Positions 1 through 13,542 are shown, numbered from the stretch's first letter. The stretch is 64,000 nt of DNA from Octopus sinensis (GCF_006345805.1 NC_043005.1:10726001-10790000); one strand, 5' to 3'. A program made the numbers and translations. Notes: generated from the letters alone by a model not told the origin.

Positions 1-854
1 TGAGGATCCTAATTTTACCTTTTGCTAAAAAAAAAAGCTTACACTTTCAATCTCTAGTTTTTTTAATTGTTGCACTCAAAACGTTTTCAGACTAAAATAT
101 TCAAGTATTTCTACTTCAGCTGGTCATTAAATAAAAAAAAATATTGCCAGTTTACTTCTCTTTGATTGCATTTTATTAGTTACCTTTTATGTTGCATATA
201 GAAAGAATCATTATCCTCGTGCTATCATTGGGTGAAAGATATTTACAAATGCATCATCAAATGTGTTTATCGTAGTGTCAGTGTAAGACCAAGGGCTTTT
301 ATCATACTGTCAGTACCAGTGTAAGACCATGGATGTTTGTCATAGGATCAGAACTTACATGATTCCAAGTTTTTTTTATAAGAGTATCAGTACCAATGTA
401 TGAACAAGAATGTATATTACAGTTTTGATAACAATGTAAGACTATGAGTGTGTGTGTGTGTGTGTTTATGTTTATTTGCACATATATGCATATGTGTGTA
501 TTTCTATATGTAAATGTATGTCTGTGTCTATATACGTACGCCTTATGGAAGTCTGTTTATTTTCGTTTGATATTTACTGAATGATATCCTACCCCCGGCC
601 AGATAGTAATATCAATCAGTGTATATTACCATTTTACCCCATATTTGTGTATTTATTCATTTATGTATTTATTTGTATCCCATATTGTGTAGTCATTTGT
701 GTTTGCATGGCCTTTGCATGATTTAATAGAGATGAAAATATTGGTAGGGTTTCCATATTAACTATCGGGATACTATCAGAGCTGAGACAACTCTGTTCCC
801 TGTATTAGCTTTTGTATATATATATATATAACAACAATCATAATAATAATAATA

Positions 855-1066
855 CTTTCTACTATGGGCACAGGGCCTGAAATTTTGGATGAGGGGGCTA
901 GTCGATGACATCAACCCCAGTGCTCAACTGGTACTTCTTTGTTGACCCTGAAAAGAAGAAAGGGCAAAATCAACCTCAGCAGAATTTGAACTCAGTACAT
1001 GAAGACACACGAAATACCACTATGTATTTTATCTGGCATGCTAACGATTCTACCAGCTCACCACTT
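855..1066 (-). mobile_element. SINE family B, tail variant B2, degenerate
   Basis: Reverse complement carries the GAGCTGG.AGAATCGTTAGCA head and degenerate CTTTCATCC...GGGGTCGA...GTACCAG core of other B copies, with a different 3' tail (CCCCTC...AAAATTTCAGGCC.TGTGCC). Confidence 0.7.
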
Positions 1067-1501
1067 TCATAATAATAAGTAGAATAAGAATTGTTTCAAA
1101 TTTTGGCACAAGGCCTGTAATTTTAAGTGGTGGTGGGAGCTAGTCCTTGACCTTTGTTGTCTCTGCATAAAGACATCTGTCTCTACTCCTCTATACCTTT
1201 AATCTCACAACTGGCACAGAATCACACACCCCTTAATACTACTCACTCTTCCTGCTGAGCGGGGTTTTGTCTTGCAAGGTACTTGGCCACTCTGCTGGCC
1301 AAAACAGACAATGGAGCCTGGTGAAGCTCCTATCAAACCTTCCAACCTATGCCAGCATGGGAACTGGACGTTAAATGATGGTGATAATGAAAAGGATGAA
1401 AGGCAAAGTCGATCTCATTGGGATTTGAACATGAAACATAAAAAGCTGGAAGAAATGCTATTATCTTGCTAACAATTCTGCCAGCTTGTCATCTTATAAA
1501 T

Positions 1502-1861
1502 GGAGGCGCAATGGCCCAGTGGTTAAGGCAGCGGACTCGCAGTCGTAGGATCGCAGTTTCGATTCCCAGACCGGGCGCTGTGAGTGTTTATTGAGCGAAA
1601 ACACCTAAAGCTCCATGAGGCTCTGCTGTACTCTTTCACCACAACTTTCTCTCACTCTTACTTCCTGTTTCTGTTGTACCTGTATTTCAAAGGGCCAGCC
1701 TTGTCACTCTCTGTGTCACGCTGAATATCCCCGAGAACTACGTTAAGGGTACACGTGTCTGTGGAGTGCTCAGCCACTTACACGTTAATTTCACGAGCAG
1801 GCTGTTCCGTTGATTCGGATCAACCGGAACCCTCGTCGTCGTAACCGACGGAGTGCTTCCA
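1502..1861 (+). mobile_element. tRNA-derived SINE family A, tail A1
   Basis: A box TGGCCCAGTGG, B box GTTTCGATTCC. Near-identical to copies at 15629 and 36101. 12-bp TSD CATCTTATAAAT (1490-1501, 1862-1873). Confidence 0.9.
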
Positions 1862-4800
1862 CATCTTATAAATAATAAGTTTTGAAGGGAACGAGTTAAT
1901 CAATTCCATCAACCCCTGTACTTCACTGATTCTTTATTCAATTGCGAAGGTTGAATTGCTGATGCTTCAGTTGTGAGAGAAAAACATTTTTGTTTTCTTT
2001 GGATGTAGAATTTTTTCTTGAAATATTAAAATTCTAATCTCTCTTATGACTCACTAACTTTACCAAATTTAACCTCATAGGTGTTTATATAAGCCTAGTA
2101 GCATCGATCTCGAATGTTTTGTCTTTGATATCGTAAGGTAAATACCATGGCCAAATTAGTTTAAAAACCATTGCCATCATTTCCAAAACAAAGAAATAAG
2201 TGGGAAAGAAATGCAGAGTCTATAAAATACCGCAATTTTCATAACAAGGGAAATAACTCTTTTAAAATTAGACCTAAGATAATGATTTCACTCCCTTGAT
2301 ATACTATAAAATTACACCCAACGGTTTTATTTAAGGTATGACCAATTAGTTAATGTTGCGTAGCCCCATGTCAGGCTTAATCTAGCAGACCTATGATAAA
2401 GGAGATCCTAATGATGGAAATTATTATTTTCTCAAGATATAGTGTATCTAAAACTAGATTATTTGATATATCTTTTAAAGGAGTGATTTGATGGAAATTT
2501 TGACTACCATTTCTGCTTTGTTCACTGGTCATATAACAGTAGTTGTTGCTGTGGTGCCTTTTGTGTCTGAATTCATCCATTATCCATTCTATATGTTGAA
2601 GTCAAGAAATAAGTTTGAAAATTACTGCTAATTATTTTTGTCTTCCTATCTCACAGATGTTATTCGAATCTGAAAAAAAAATTTGGATAATTTCTGTTGG
2701 CAATTTAGTGTGAAATCATTAAAAATAATTAATATATGTTGTTGTTGTTGTTGTGCTTCTGCCCCAGATCAATCCCAGTCGTGTTCACCTATGATGTTTG
2801 GCCTTCCAGTCATGACTATTCTGTCTTTTTTGTATATTTTGGACCTCAGTGACCAGAATGCTCTTTTAAAACAGTGTAATTTGAAGGACATTCGGCTGTT
2901 ATTTCTAGCAGGCCTGGTGACCATCTAGAGGGTCCCACATTGACAATTATTTTGTATATGTATATGTGTGATGCAGATGTTTGATGTGTGTTTGTGTGTA
3001 TATATCTTGGGAATTAAACATTTTAATTCTTTTCATGTTGTAAAGTCTCAGTATACATCACTCTGTGGGTGTATATCCACACACTAACACACACACTTAT
3101 ATTTATGTACACAGCTTATAAATGAAACGTAAAATATTTTCAGTTTAAAAGTGTATTTTTTGTTTAACATGGAAGCAGTCTGATGGCTGTTATTGTTTAT
3201 AATAAACATTTTTATTTTTCATGGAATAAAAAAAATTGTTTAACTAGCACATATATATATGTGTGTGTGTATTTGTGATAAAACTTGAAGTCTAGCATAT
3301 TCCCACCTAAATGTCAAATTTAACGTCTACGACACAGTATATATAGATGTTCTAGTAACATAGCCTTGGCTGTGATAGCTTCCTTTCTTGCTTCTAACTT
3401 ATAAATCTATTGTGAATTGGCTTTCATTTTATATTGATCACTTTCAAAGGTTGCAGAATTTACAGATTTGGTAGAACAAAATGCCAAACAGTATTTAGTT
3501 ATGCCTCTTTATACTCTGAGTTCAAATCCCTCCCCAGGATCAACTTTGCCTTTCACTCATCTGGGCTTCACAAAAACAGTACTGGACAAGTACTTAGGTG
3601 TTTGATATAACTTATTATACTCTCTCTTGGCAAAGCATGTGGCTTTGTGCCCATGTGGTATTAGTTTTTTTTATTATGCTTCTCTGTGTTTCACTTTAAT
3701 TTCTTGACAATATTTCATTTCTTTCCTCTCCATCAGAATTTATATAGATATAATGTTATGCTTATTTTATCTTCAAATATAGTCTAAGATACACGAATGG
3801 CATTTTAACTATGCATGGCTTTATCTGTGATGGTTTAGACAGCCTAAAGAATTAAAAATTTAACAGATGTATAATCAAAGATATTCTAACTGAGAATGCA
3901 TTCTTTGTGATTGACTAACAAGACTACATTGTTTAATTGCTCCAGGTGTCAGTGCTTTGGCTGCTGTTTCTAGCAGATCAAATAAATGAGTATAGGCTCC
4001 CTTGTTAGCTCATTCAAGGATTATTTATTAGAATATCAGTGTAGAGCTCTGGATACTTTTGAATCAAAACCACATTTGGATACTTTCAAAGAAATCGGAT
4101 CTCCCTCTTCAGTGTTGAAGCTTAACTACTTCACTTAATAGTCCCTTTACTCCACACCGTAGTGTGTTGTTTATACAGCTTAATAATACAGCTAAGTATT
4201 ACTAGATTAAACTATTGTTAAAAATATCATGTTCTCAGCTCAGCTCCAATCATATTGGCAAATCATATCTTAAGCTCAAATCATATTAGGATAAAAAGCT
4301 TGGTCTTCTGTATCTACATTCAGTCCCTTAACCCAGCACTTAAGACAAGTTTCTTCTACCATAGATTCCTGGTTGACTAATACCCATTGAGTGAAATTAG
4401 ACATATATTGTGCAGATGTCCATCAGGCAGACTGTACCTGTTTTTAGGAAGTAGGCTCACTCTCCGTCTGGTTTTAACACCAGCTGATCTTTGGATACCT
4501 TTAGTCCACTATATTACAGTCAAACCAGGATTCTGCATTGAGGATGACTCAAAATTTTGATGAGCTACTGTCTATTGCATCCTATGAATAGTGGTTCTTC
4601 TTTATCCCCTCTTTAGCAGTCTCAGAAACTTTGCCAAAACTTAAGAACTTTCCTTCTTTCTCTGACTAAACCATTAAAAAAAATAAGAAAAAATGTGTTA
4701 CATTTTTTTCTTATTAACTGACAAATACTTAGAATTAATTATGAAATCATCTACTGATTAATTACTTCTCTTAAATATAGCAATTAAGCAAATTTTTGCA

Positions 4801-6289
4801 GAACAATAATCCAATAGCTTATTACAATGATTGAGTTTAATACAAATGTTATTCTGGAAGTGAATGGAAATCGGGATGCTGTTTTCTTCCTGAAATTGTA
4901 TCGAAAAATGTGTGTGTTTGTCTGTGAAAGTTAAAGTAATGGTGGAATAGAATAAAAATACTAAACAAAACACTTAAAATGTAGAAATGTTGTGTGGAAT
5001 ACTGGATTTTAGGTTTTATCACAATATTTCTCTATACAATTAAATTGATTGCCATATGTGAATGTATATCATAGACTAAAAAAGAAAAAAAAAACAAAAA
5101 AAAACAAAAGTGGTTTGTCTTTTTTTTTTTTAATGAAGTTTATTCCTAATTAGAATTTTCTTCTTCTACCTACAGAAATAAATCATTGGAAATTTATGTA
5201 TGAAGGTAAAATTTATTATAGTAAAAGTAGATGCAACTAATTAACAAATCATTTAATAAATTATTTAAATATGATGCATTTTAAAGATAATTCCTAATTT
5301 GGGGATAGTTGTTCTTTCTACTAGAAAATCTTATAGGTTGTTGTCAGCTTTTTATGTGTGACCCCTTACAGTATTTTAGGGGGAGGCTGGTTAGGTTGCA
5401 ACCTATAATCACTACTGTTTTAGAAAATGATGCTGTAATTTCATCATATATATTACATGTACGTGTGTGTGTATATATATTTATGTATATATATATATAT
5501 ATATACATACACACATTTATATATATACATATATATTCACAGCCAGTAATGTGTAACTTATTAAACTGTCTTAAATCAATGTCATATATTTTATATTAAA
5601 TCATACATATATATATATCAGTAAATACAGAGTGTCTACCTGCAACCTATCAGCCTTTTCTTCCTACCTGCCTGTTGCAGCATTTCAATGTGAATTCTGT
5701 GCTAGTGTTGTACGTTTCAGTTTTATTGGTCTTCATTTAGTGTGTTCACTGTGTTCGGTATTTCTTAATCAATGCACTTTTATATATAGTAGCACTATTT
5801 TCATACTGTACACTCAGATTATTTGAATTATATTCCCTCTCAGTCTCTCACTCTCTTATTGCTCTGTCTGTCTATCTATCTATCTATCTCTCTATCATAT
5901 ATATAAACATGTCTCTCTCTCTCTTTGTCTCCCTCTCTCTCTTTCTCTTTCACTTTCACTTTCTCTCTCTAATCCCTCTAAAGCTCTTTGTAAGTAATTA
6001 TTTGAAATATATACAGCAAAAAATGTTTTTACTGAATACTTTGGGAATTGTGATGAATTCATTAACCTTGCACTGATAAATAGAAATATGTTTGGGGGAT
6101 GTACACAGACATACAGTTATATATATATGTGTATCATATATCTCTATATATGTTCCACATATGATTGATGTATGTGTGTGTCTATATCTATATGTCTGTA
6201 TACACTTACGTGTGTGTTTGTGTGCGCATATTAATATATACATGCACTCACATGTGCATGTATATATGTGTCTAATCTCTATGCTTAAA

Positions 6290-6320
<31 letters not shown>

Positions 6321-6704
6321 ATATATGTATATATATACACACACACATATGTACTCGCTATATGTATATATTTCTGCATAGGTATGTGTGCTTATGTATA
6401 TGCAAAGCTGGTACCTGAAAATAAACGCATCAAGCACACTATGAATTGGTTAGCGTTGTTAGGAAAGGCATTGCAGCCATAGAAACCACAATAGAAATAA
6501 CACATAGTAGCAACATGTCCTTCAAACTTTTCAGTTCTGTTGATCCATCCGACCCATGCCCGAATGGAAAAAAAAAAAAACAGACTTAAAATGAAATAAT
6601 GATGTGTATGTGTATGTGTGTGTGTGTGTGTGTGTAATATCAAATATCTGCTTACATTTGGATATTACGTTTTTGTATGTGTGTACATACAAATTTCATT
6701 TATA

Positions 6705-7020
6705 CATCATCATCATCATCATCATTTAGCGTCCGCTTTCCATGCTAGCATGGGTTGGACGGTTCAACTGGGGTCTGTGAAGCCAGATGGCTGCATCAGG
6801 CCCAGTCTGATCTGGCAGTGTTTCTACGGCTGGATGCCCTTCCTAACGCCAACCACTCCGTGAGTGTAGTGGGTGCTTTTTACGTGCCACCCGCACAGGT
6901 GCCAGACGGAGCTGGCAAACGGCCACGGACGGATGGTGCTTTTTACGTGCCACCGGCATGGGGGCTAGGCGAGGCTGGCAACGGCCACGATCGAATGGTG
7001 CTTTTTACGTGCCACCGGCA
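6705..7020 (-). mobile_element. Short RTE-3'-tail element (family D) with three internal modules
   Basis: (CAT)n at the left end, equal to a (GAT)n 3' tail on minus; GGATGCCCTTCCTAACGCCAACC core; three GGTGCTTTTTACGTGCCACC repeats. Confidence 0.85.
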
Positions 7021-7329
7021 TATCTATATATATGTTTGTGTGCATATCTGAATATACATGTATGTATATATACACACAAGCAAATATATGGCATATAGTA
7101 TACATGCATATATATATAGAGAGAATATTTATCATATGCATACATCATATACATTCATGCTCACACACACACATATAATAATCTACCTTTGTCCCTTCTT
7201 GTATTAAGTGTTTGTAAATGGTCTTGGTCTTCTTAAATACAATTTGTAAACCACTTACTGTATTGCATTTATAAATGTGTGTGTGTGTGTATAAGAGAAT
7301 TATGTACTCCTATCCCTATATATGGGTAT

Positions 7330-7500
7330 ACATACCTGTGTGTGTGTGTGTGGCAATGTCATTAGAAGTTTGCTTCCCAACCACATGGTTCTGGGTTCAG
7401 TCCTACTGCATGGCATCATAGGAAAGCATCTTTTGCTATAAGCCTTAGGGCAACCAAAGCTTTGTGAGTTGATTTGGTAGATAGAAAGAAAGAAACTGAG
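7330..7500 (+). mobile_element. SINE family C, 5' half, degenerate
   Basis: CCAACCACATGG..CTGGGTTCAGTCC...GATTTGGTAGA...GAAACTGA resembles the copy at 35214. Confidence 0.6.
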
Positions 7501-7539
7501 ACTCTGATGTCTTTATGTGTGTTTATATATATATATATA

Positions 7540-7718
7540 TATATAAATATAAAAAAACACCTATTACACTCTTAGAGTGTTTGGCATTAGGAAGGGCATC
7601 CAGTCATAGAAAACCATGCCAAATCAGACTGGGGTCTGGTGCAACTTACTAGCCCTGGTCAAACCGTTCAACCCATGCTAGCATGGGCAATGAATGTTAA
7701 ATGATGATGATGATGATT
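7540..7718 (+). mobile_element. Family D element, degenerate
   Basis: TTGGCATTAGGAAGGGCATCCAG...ACCCATGCTAGCATGG...TTAAATGATGATGATGAT. Confidence 0.7.
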
Positions 7719-7722
7719 TGTG

Positions 7723-7767
<45 letters not shown>

Positions 7768-8344
7768 GCACACATACTTAAACACACACATGTGTGTTTG
7801 TGTGTGTGTTTCCTACCACCATTGTGTGACTACTGGTGTTGATGTATTTATGATCTTGTAACCTAGAGGTTCAGTAAAATACGCCTGAAGCTTCAATAAA
7901 AAATAAATGTATAAGTATTGGTGTCTGGTTGTCAGACTAGAATTCTTCAGGCCAATGCCCTAGCAGGGGCACAGCCTAGTAGGTGAAACAAGTAAAAGAT
8001 ATATATATACGTATCACTGTGTTTTCCATTATCTTGATATCATATGTTGATTGTAAATGAGCACCACTGTCATACAAGTGGTGTTGAGTATTTATTGTCA
8101 TCGATAGTGATATATGTTTCTTTGCTTGGAAACAAGTGAGGATTGGCAGCTGGAAGAGCATCCAGCTAGTTAAAATCAACCTCAAAAAGTATGGAAAATT
8201 AAGCAATGATGATATGTGTGTTTCTGTATGTGTGTACATGTACATACACTTACACAACTACTGTGTATATATATATATATATATGTCAAACCATCCATCA
8301 CATGCCAACATGGATAGAGGATGTTAAAGGATGATAACGATATA

Positions 8345-8488
8345 TCATCATCATCATCATCATCATTTAGCGTCCGTTTTCCATGCTAGCATGGGTTGGA
8401 CGGTTTAACTGGGGTCTGTGAAGCCGGAAGGCTTCATCAGGCCCAGTCAGATTTGGCAGTGTTTCTACGGCTGGATGCCCTTCCTAAT
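8345..8488 (-). mobile_element. Family D element, 5'-truncated
   Basis: (CAT)n plus TTTAGCGTCCGTTTTCCATGCTAGCATGGGTTGGACGG; ends in a (TA)n run. Confidence 0.85.
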
Positions 8489-9029
8489 ATATATATATTT
8501 TACAGAAAGGTTGACTAACTCTCCCTTGTTGTGTAGAGTTGCACTTATCTATGATTTCTAGCTTCAACAAAAACAAAACGTGTCTAGATATAGGTGTGCC
8601 AGTGTATGTGTATGTATAGATATGTGTGTATGTATATATATATATATACATATATATATATGCATGCATGTGTGTTTTTAGTTGAATATGTGTGTATATA
8701 TCATATATCCTTAAAATCCTTAAATCCTTAAAAATGTTTTAGCCCGAAGGCCGCGGCCATGCTGGGGCACCACTTATATATATATATATATATTTGTGTG
8801 TGTGTATATGTATATATATATGTATGTGCATGTATGTATATGTATCTATATATATGTATATCTATATTGCTTATATGTATATGTTGTGTGTGTTATATAT
8901 GTGTATATGTACATATATATATATATATGTACATATATATATATATGTACATATATATATATATACATGTGTGTGTGTGTGCATATATACATATATGTTT
9001 GTGTGTATGTATACATATGCATAATATAT

Positions 9030-10290
9030 CATCACCATATTCGTTTAGTGCCTGCTTTCCATACTGGCATGGTTCGGTTGGTTTGACAAGAGCTGGCTAA
9101 CTGGAGTGCTGCCCATGATCCATGTCTGCTTTGGCATGGTTTCTATGGCTGGATACCCTTCCTAATGCCCAACACCTGATTTTACTGGATGACCTTATGC
9201 AACACCGGCATGGGTGCATTTATGTGGTACCAGTCCCCATGAGCCTGCACTATAAGGAATTCTCAGCTGGATAGCGATTTAGGAAACAAACCTGTATGCA
9301 AGGACAACCATGCTTTTACTTAGGTTAATGTGTCTTTTCAAGCACAGCAAGCCACCAGGAGTCTCTGTCATCCCCTCTGTGAGTCCCAAAATCTGTAGAT
9401 CCTTTCTCAGCGCTTTGTCCTACATCATCCTGAGTCTACCCTTTCCACATGTTCCCTCTACTATTAGAGATCAGCGTTGTTTTCATTCATATGCATTACA
9501 TGCCAGTCTTCTCTCTTGCACACCACATCTGATGCCATGCATACCCAGCTTTTCTCTCAAATCACAATCTGTTGTACATCCACACTAAAATTACCCCTCC
9601 AGTGGAGCATACTGGCTATATTTCTTTCAAGCCTTCACATATTCCCAGTAGTTGCAGCCCATGTCTCACTGCCATGTAGCATAGTTTTTCATACACAAGC
9701 ACCATACAATCTGCCTTTCACTCTGAAGGAGCAGCCCTTTGTAACTAACAGAGGTAGTAGCTCTCTGAATTCCCCCTAACTTCTAGCAACTATGCTTTCA
9801 GAACAACCTCTCCAACTACTAACTTGGTCACCTTATTAACAGAAACTGTCTGCTACTTCCAAGGATCTTCCCTGACATTCGAGGAAGTCTATCTTTTTCT
9901 ACATTCCTAGTGCTTAATGTACTTGCACGTCTGCCACGTGTAAAGACTACATTCACTGTTAGTCTTCCACTGATACAATGCACCTCTTCTGTATCCATAG
10001 CTTGCACTGTATCCATAGCTTATGGAGTTTCTCCTGACACCTCTTCTAGATATCAAGCAGAGCCATCTTCCTGTTTTCCTACTTGTCAAAACTTTGGTCT
10101 TTTGCTAACTTAACTATAAGGCCCTTTGATTCCGATCTGTGCTTCCATACCTAAAATTTCTTCTCTACTTCTGGTAGGGATTTAGCAGTAAGAACATGGT
10201 CATCAGTGTAGAGAGCTCCTAAGGGCAGCTAGTCTTAATGAAGGACCGTGATAAACTAGATGGGGCTAAAAACTGATCCATAGGGGACTC
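9030..10290 (-). mobile_element. 5'-truncated, degenerate RTE-clade LINE (RT C-terminal part and 3' UTR)
   Basis: Hand translation of the minus strand with frameshifts and stops: YTDDHVL (YADD motif, about 10191-10211), FRELLPLLVTKGCSFRVKGRLYGACV*KTMLHGSETW, RLERNIASML. The 3' UTR at 9030-9240 is homologous to family D. Confidence 0.8.
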
Positions 10291-10422
10291 CTGTTTGTGC
10301 ACTAAACTCCTTGCTATACTCATTAGCAATTCTCACATTACTGACAGCATCCCTGTACATAGCTTGTACTTACGTATATCTGTATATGTATATATGCACA
10401 TATATATGCAATATATATGCAC

Positions 10423-10500
<78 letters not shown>

Positions 10501-10595
10501 GTTCATATATTTACATATGAATATATAAATGTGTGTGAGTATGTATGTATGTATGTATATATATATATTTACATATGAATATACAAATGTGTGTG

Positions 10596-10626
<31 letters not shown>

Positions 10627-11506
10627 CTTTACTACCCACAAGGGGCCAAACATAGAGGGGACAAACAAGGACTGACATATATATATGTATATATGTGTAT
10701 GTATGTATATATGCATGTACATATATATGCATGCATATATATATATGCATGTGTGTGTGTGTGTGTGCATATATATATATATGTATGTATGTATATATAT
10801 ACATATATGTATATGTGCATATATATAATATATATATATGAATATATCCTACATTATCAGCACCACGCAGTGATTAGACATATACGACTTTTAAGGTAAT
10901 TAAAACATTTGTGACATTTTAACTTCTACAAGCAAATTCACTCCAGTTACTGTGGAGAAAGAAGTTTCCCTTAAATCACATTTTAACATATATATAAAAC
11001 CCTCTCAGAGTGAGATATACTAAAAACTGGAAAGAGAACCAGTCTTTTTGTTTATTATTGGCATAATGTGGTGCACCTGAGCACTGTATACAATAATTTC
11101 ATTATTATAATGACCCAATTCGCAAGATAACGTATATACATAAGATCGGGACGTAACTGTAGATTTGGTTCTCAACATTACTTTAGCATTGCATTCTGAA
11201 TGTTGTAATCTTTACATGTGTTTCTCCAACTTATAGTTTTATGTAACAATTGTTACAAAGACAGTTGAATAATCACCTTATAATATCAGGTCATCAGAAA
11301 CAAATAAATTCACGTCATTGTGTAGCACTCCTTCTGATAATTACCACTTAATATACTAGAATACGCTGGTGAAACACATGTAAAGATTATGTAATTTATA
11401 GTGTAATAATTTAAAAAATTTTTTATTTCTGAAACTACAATTGTATATTGATTTTAGATTTACAACATGTTATTTATTGAAACGATAATTGCAATAGAAA
11501 TTATAA

Positions 11507-11725
11507 CCCTTTTCTTATCAAACCACTTCAAAATTCACCTCTTTCTTTAATAAAAAGTTCTTGTTTTAAAGTTATCCAAATTAAAATATTCCATCAAAAT
11601 TTCCTGTAAATTTATGTTCTAAACATTCAGCTTAATAATGCTTATTTTATTAAATTTTTAATTATTTTCAAAACTGATTGAAATAAAGACCATGTATTGC
11701 CATAGAAATAAGGTAACAAAAAGGT
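11507..11725. mobile_element. Degenerate TTAA/piggyBac-type MITE
   Basis: ATAA|CCCTTTTCTTATC ... GTAACAAAAAGG|TTTAA, a decayed form of the CCCTTT(T/C)GTTAC termini seen at 29955, 48555 and 56695; similar length. Confidence 0.5.
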
Positions 11726-11856
11726 TTAATATTTGACGGAAAGTTGGATTTCTATTTACATCAAGTTCTAAGGAAATGTTAACTGCTATGCTACCTCATT
11801 TGAAATGCTAACTTTTCAATATGTGTGTGTGTTTTTGTTATGTATATGTGTATGTA

Positions 11857-11888
<32 letters not shown>

Positions 11889-12601
11889 ATAAATATTTAC
11901 ATACATGCATAAATATGTATATGATATATATGTATAAATACATGTGTGTGTATATATATATATGCATATATACATCGTTTTCTGTATATGTACCTATTAT
12001 ATTTACACACGTGTTATATAGATGTGTGTGTATATTTATCTATATATGTATAAATATGTATACATATATCTATATGTAGATAAAGGTATGTATATATGAA
12101 AATGCATATATGCATGTATATATACATATGTATAATCATATCAGACTATGGATGACTAAATTACAACAGGTATATAACATATGTGTGTGTGTTTTACTGT
12201 GTATTAGGATATATATTTTTTTAAATGTATGGGCATATATGTATATCATGTATATATGTACAGGTGCAAGTATGACCATGTAGTTAAATATGTTTCATGA
12301 GCACCTCATCCCAGGTCCAGATTCAATCCCATTGTTTGACACCTTGGGTGTGTGCCTTTTACTATAAACCATGGGTCAACCAAAACCTTGTGATTGGGTT
12401 TGGTATACTTACTCTCTAACAAGAATAGTATTGACAGTGATTCAAGGTTTTGGCTAGCTAACTCATCTTGAGACTTTGCTGCATGAAATTAATCTTGTCT
12501 TTATATAGTTTCTGTTGAGATGAAATTTTTCTGGTGTATGTGGCATTCATTTGAATGGCAACTAGGTTGTAGGTTATGTTGCGATGGAGTGTTGTGGATA
12601 G

Positions 12602-12825
12602 TTTTTATTGATTTAATTTGGGGTTTTCTTATTGTTCAAAATTTATTAATGCATGTAGAACTTTGTAAACAGGTGTGTATATTTAGGTGTGTCAGCTGTA
12701 GGTCATGCGAAAACAATCCTATGACCTGAAGGTGATGCACCTAAATATACACACCTCTTTACAACGTTCTACATGCACAAATAAATTTTGAACAATAACA
12801 TAACCCCAAATTTGATTAATAAAAA
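12602..12825. repeat. Foldback inverted repeat, ~105-bp arms, 14-nt spacer
   Basis: 12602-12706 is the reverse complement of 12721-12825 with scattered mismatches (e.g. GGTGTGTATATTTAGGTG / CACCTAAATATACACACC, TTATTGTTCAAAATTTATT / AATAAATTTTGAACAATAA). Confidence 0.9.
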
Positions 12826-13249
12826 TTTCTTCAAAACACATCTTTCATACTTCTTGTCAGTGGTTACTTGTTTGTTTACGTTCCTGTAACTTTTAGTGGT
12901 TCAGTCAAAACGGCCAGTAGAGTAAGTACCAGGCTTCAAAAAATGGCTATAGTCCAGTGACTGAAGATGTGTATGTCTATATACACACACGCACACACAC
13001 ACATAGATAGTATATTGTTTTTGAATTAAAACGGAAGTGGTGATTTTGTCTTATGACTCATGTTTCATACCACGGATATCTCCTGGCAAAATGGCTCACA
13101 GTAGCATGAAACATGAGACACAAAACATCAGCTTTAATATCCTCTGTAAAATGTATGGGCATACCCTTCTCATTCGACATGAAGCAACATATGAATGTAT
13201 GTTATATATATATATATACATATATATACATATATATACATATATATAC

Positions 13250-13280
<31 letters not shown>

Positions 13281-13542
13281 CTTTATAATTAGGGTTCAGC
13301 AAAGATTTGCTTTATTACATACCGGAGTTTAGAAATAGCAGCCAAAAAACCTTATCTATTTCCTCTACTTTAAAAAGGGACTCCCAGAAAAACAAAATAC
13401 TTGAAAACAATCCACGCAGTGTTTTTGCAAATAGCACCCCTGCTGAGTAAAAGTTCAACAAATGCAGTATTAGATTAAAATAGCCATCTACGTAGGAAAC
13501 TTAATGTAAATGAATTGTTGAAAAGCATATTTACTTTGGAAT

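Noticed and set aside
1502-1578. tRNA-like sequences (also about 15950-16027, 36410-36483, 58657-58735, 35214-35285)
   Set aside because: A/B boxes are present but they are heads of multi-copy SINEs with bodies, tails and TSDs; no complete cloverleaf.
6870-7020. CRISPR-like repeat-spacer pattern (also 27773-27920, 44990-45135)
   Set aside because: Only 2-3 repeats, spacers homologous to each other, embedded in a dispersed eukaryotic retroelement tail; no cas genes.
6755-7051. Recurrent ORFs with [21 protein letters not shown] or DGLLSVSVYQIHSQ
   Set aside because: Chance reading frames across family D and SINE C copies.
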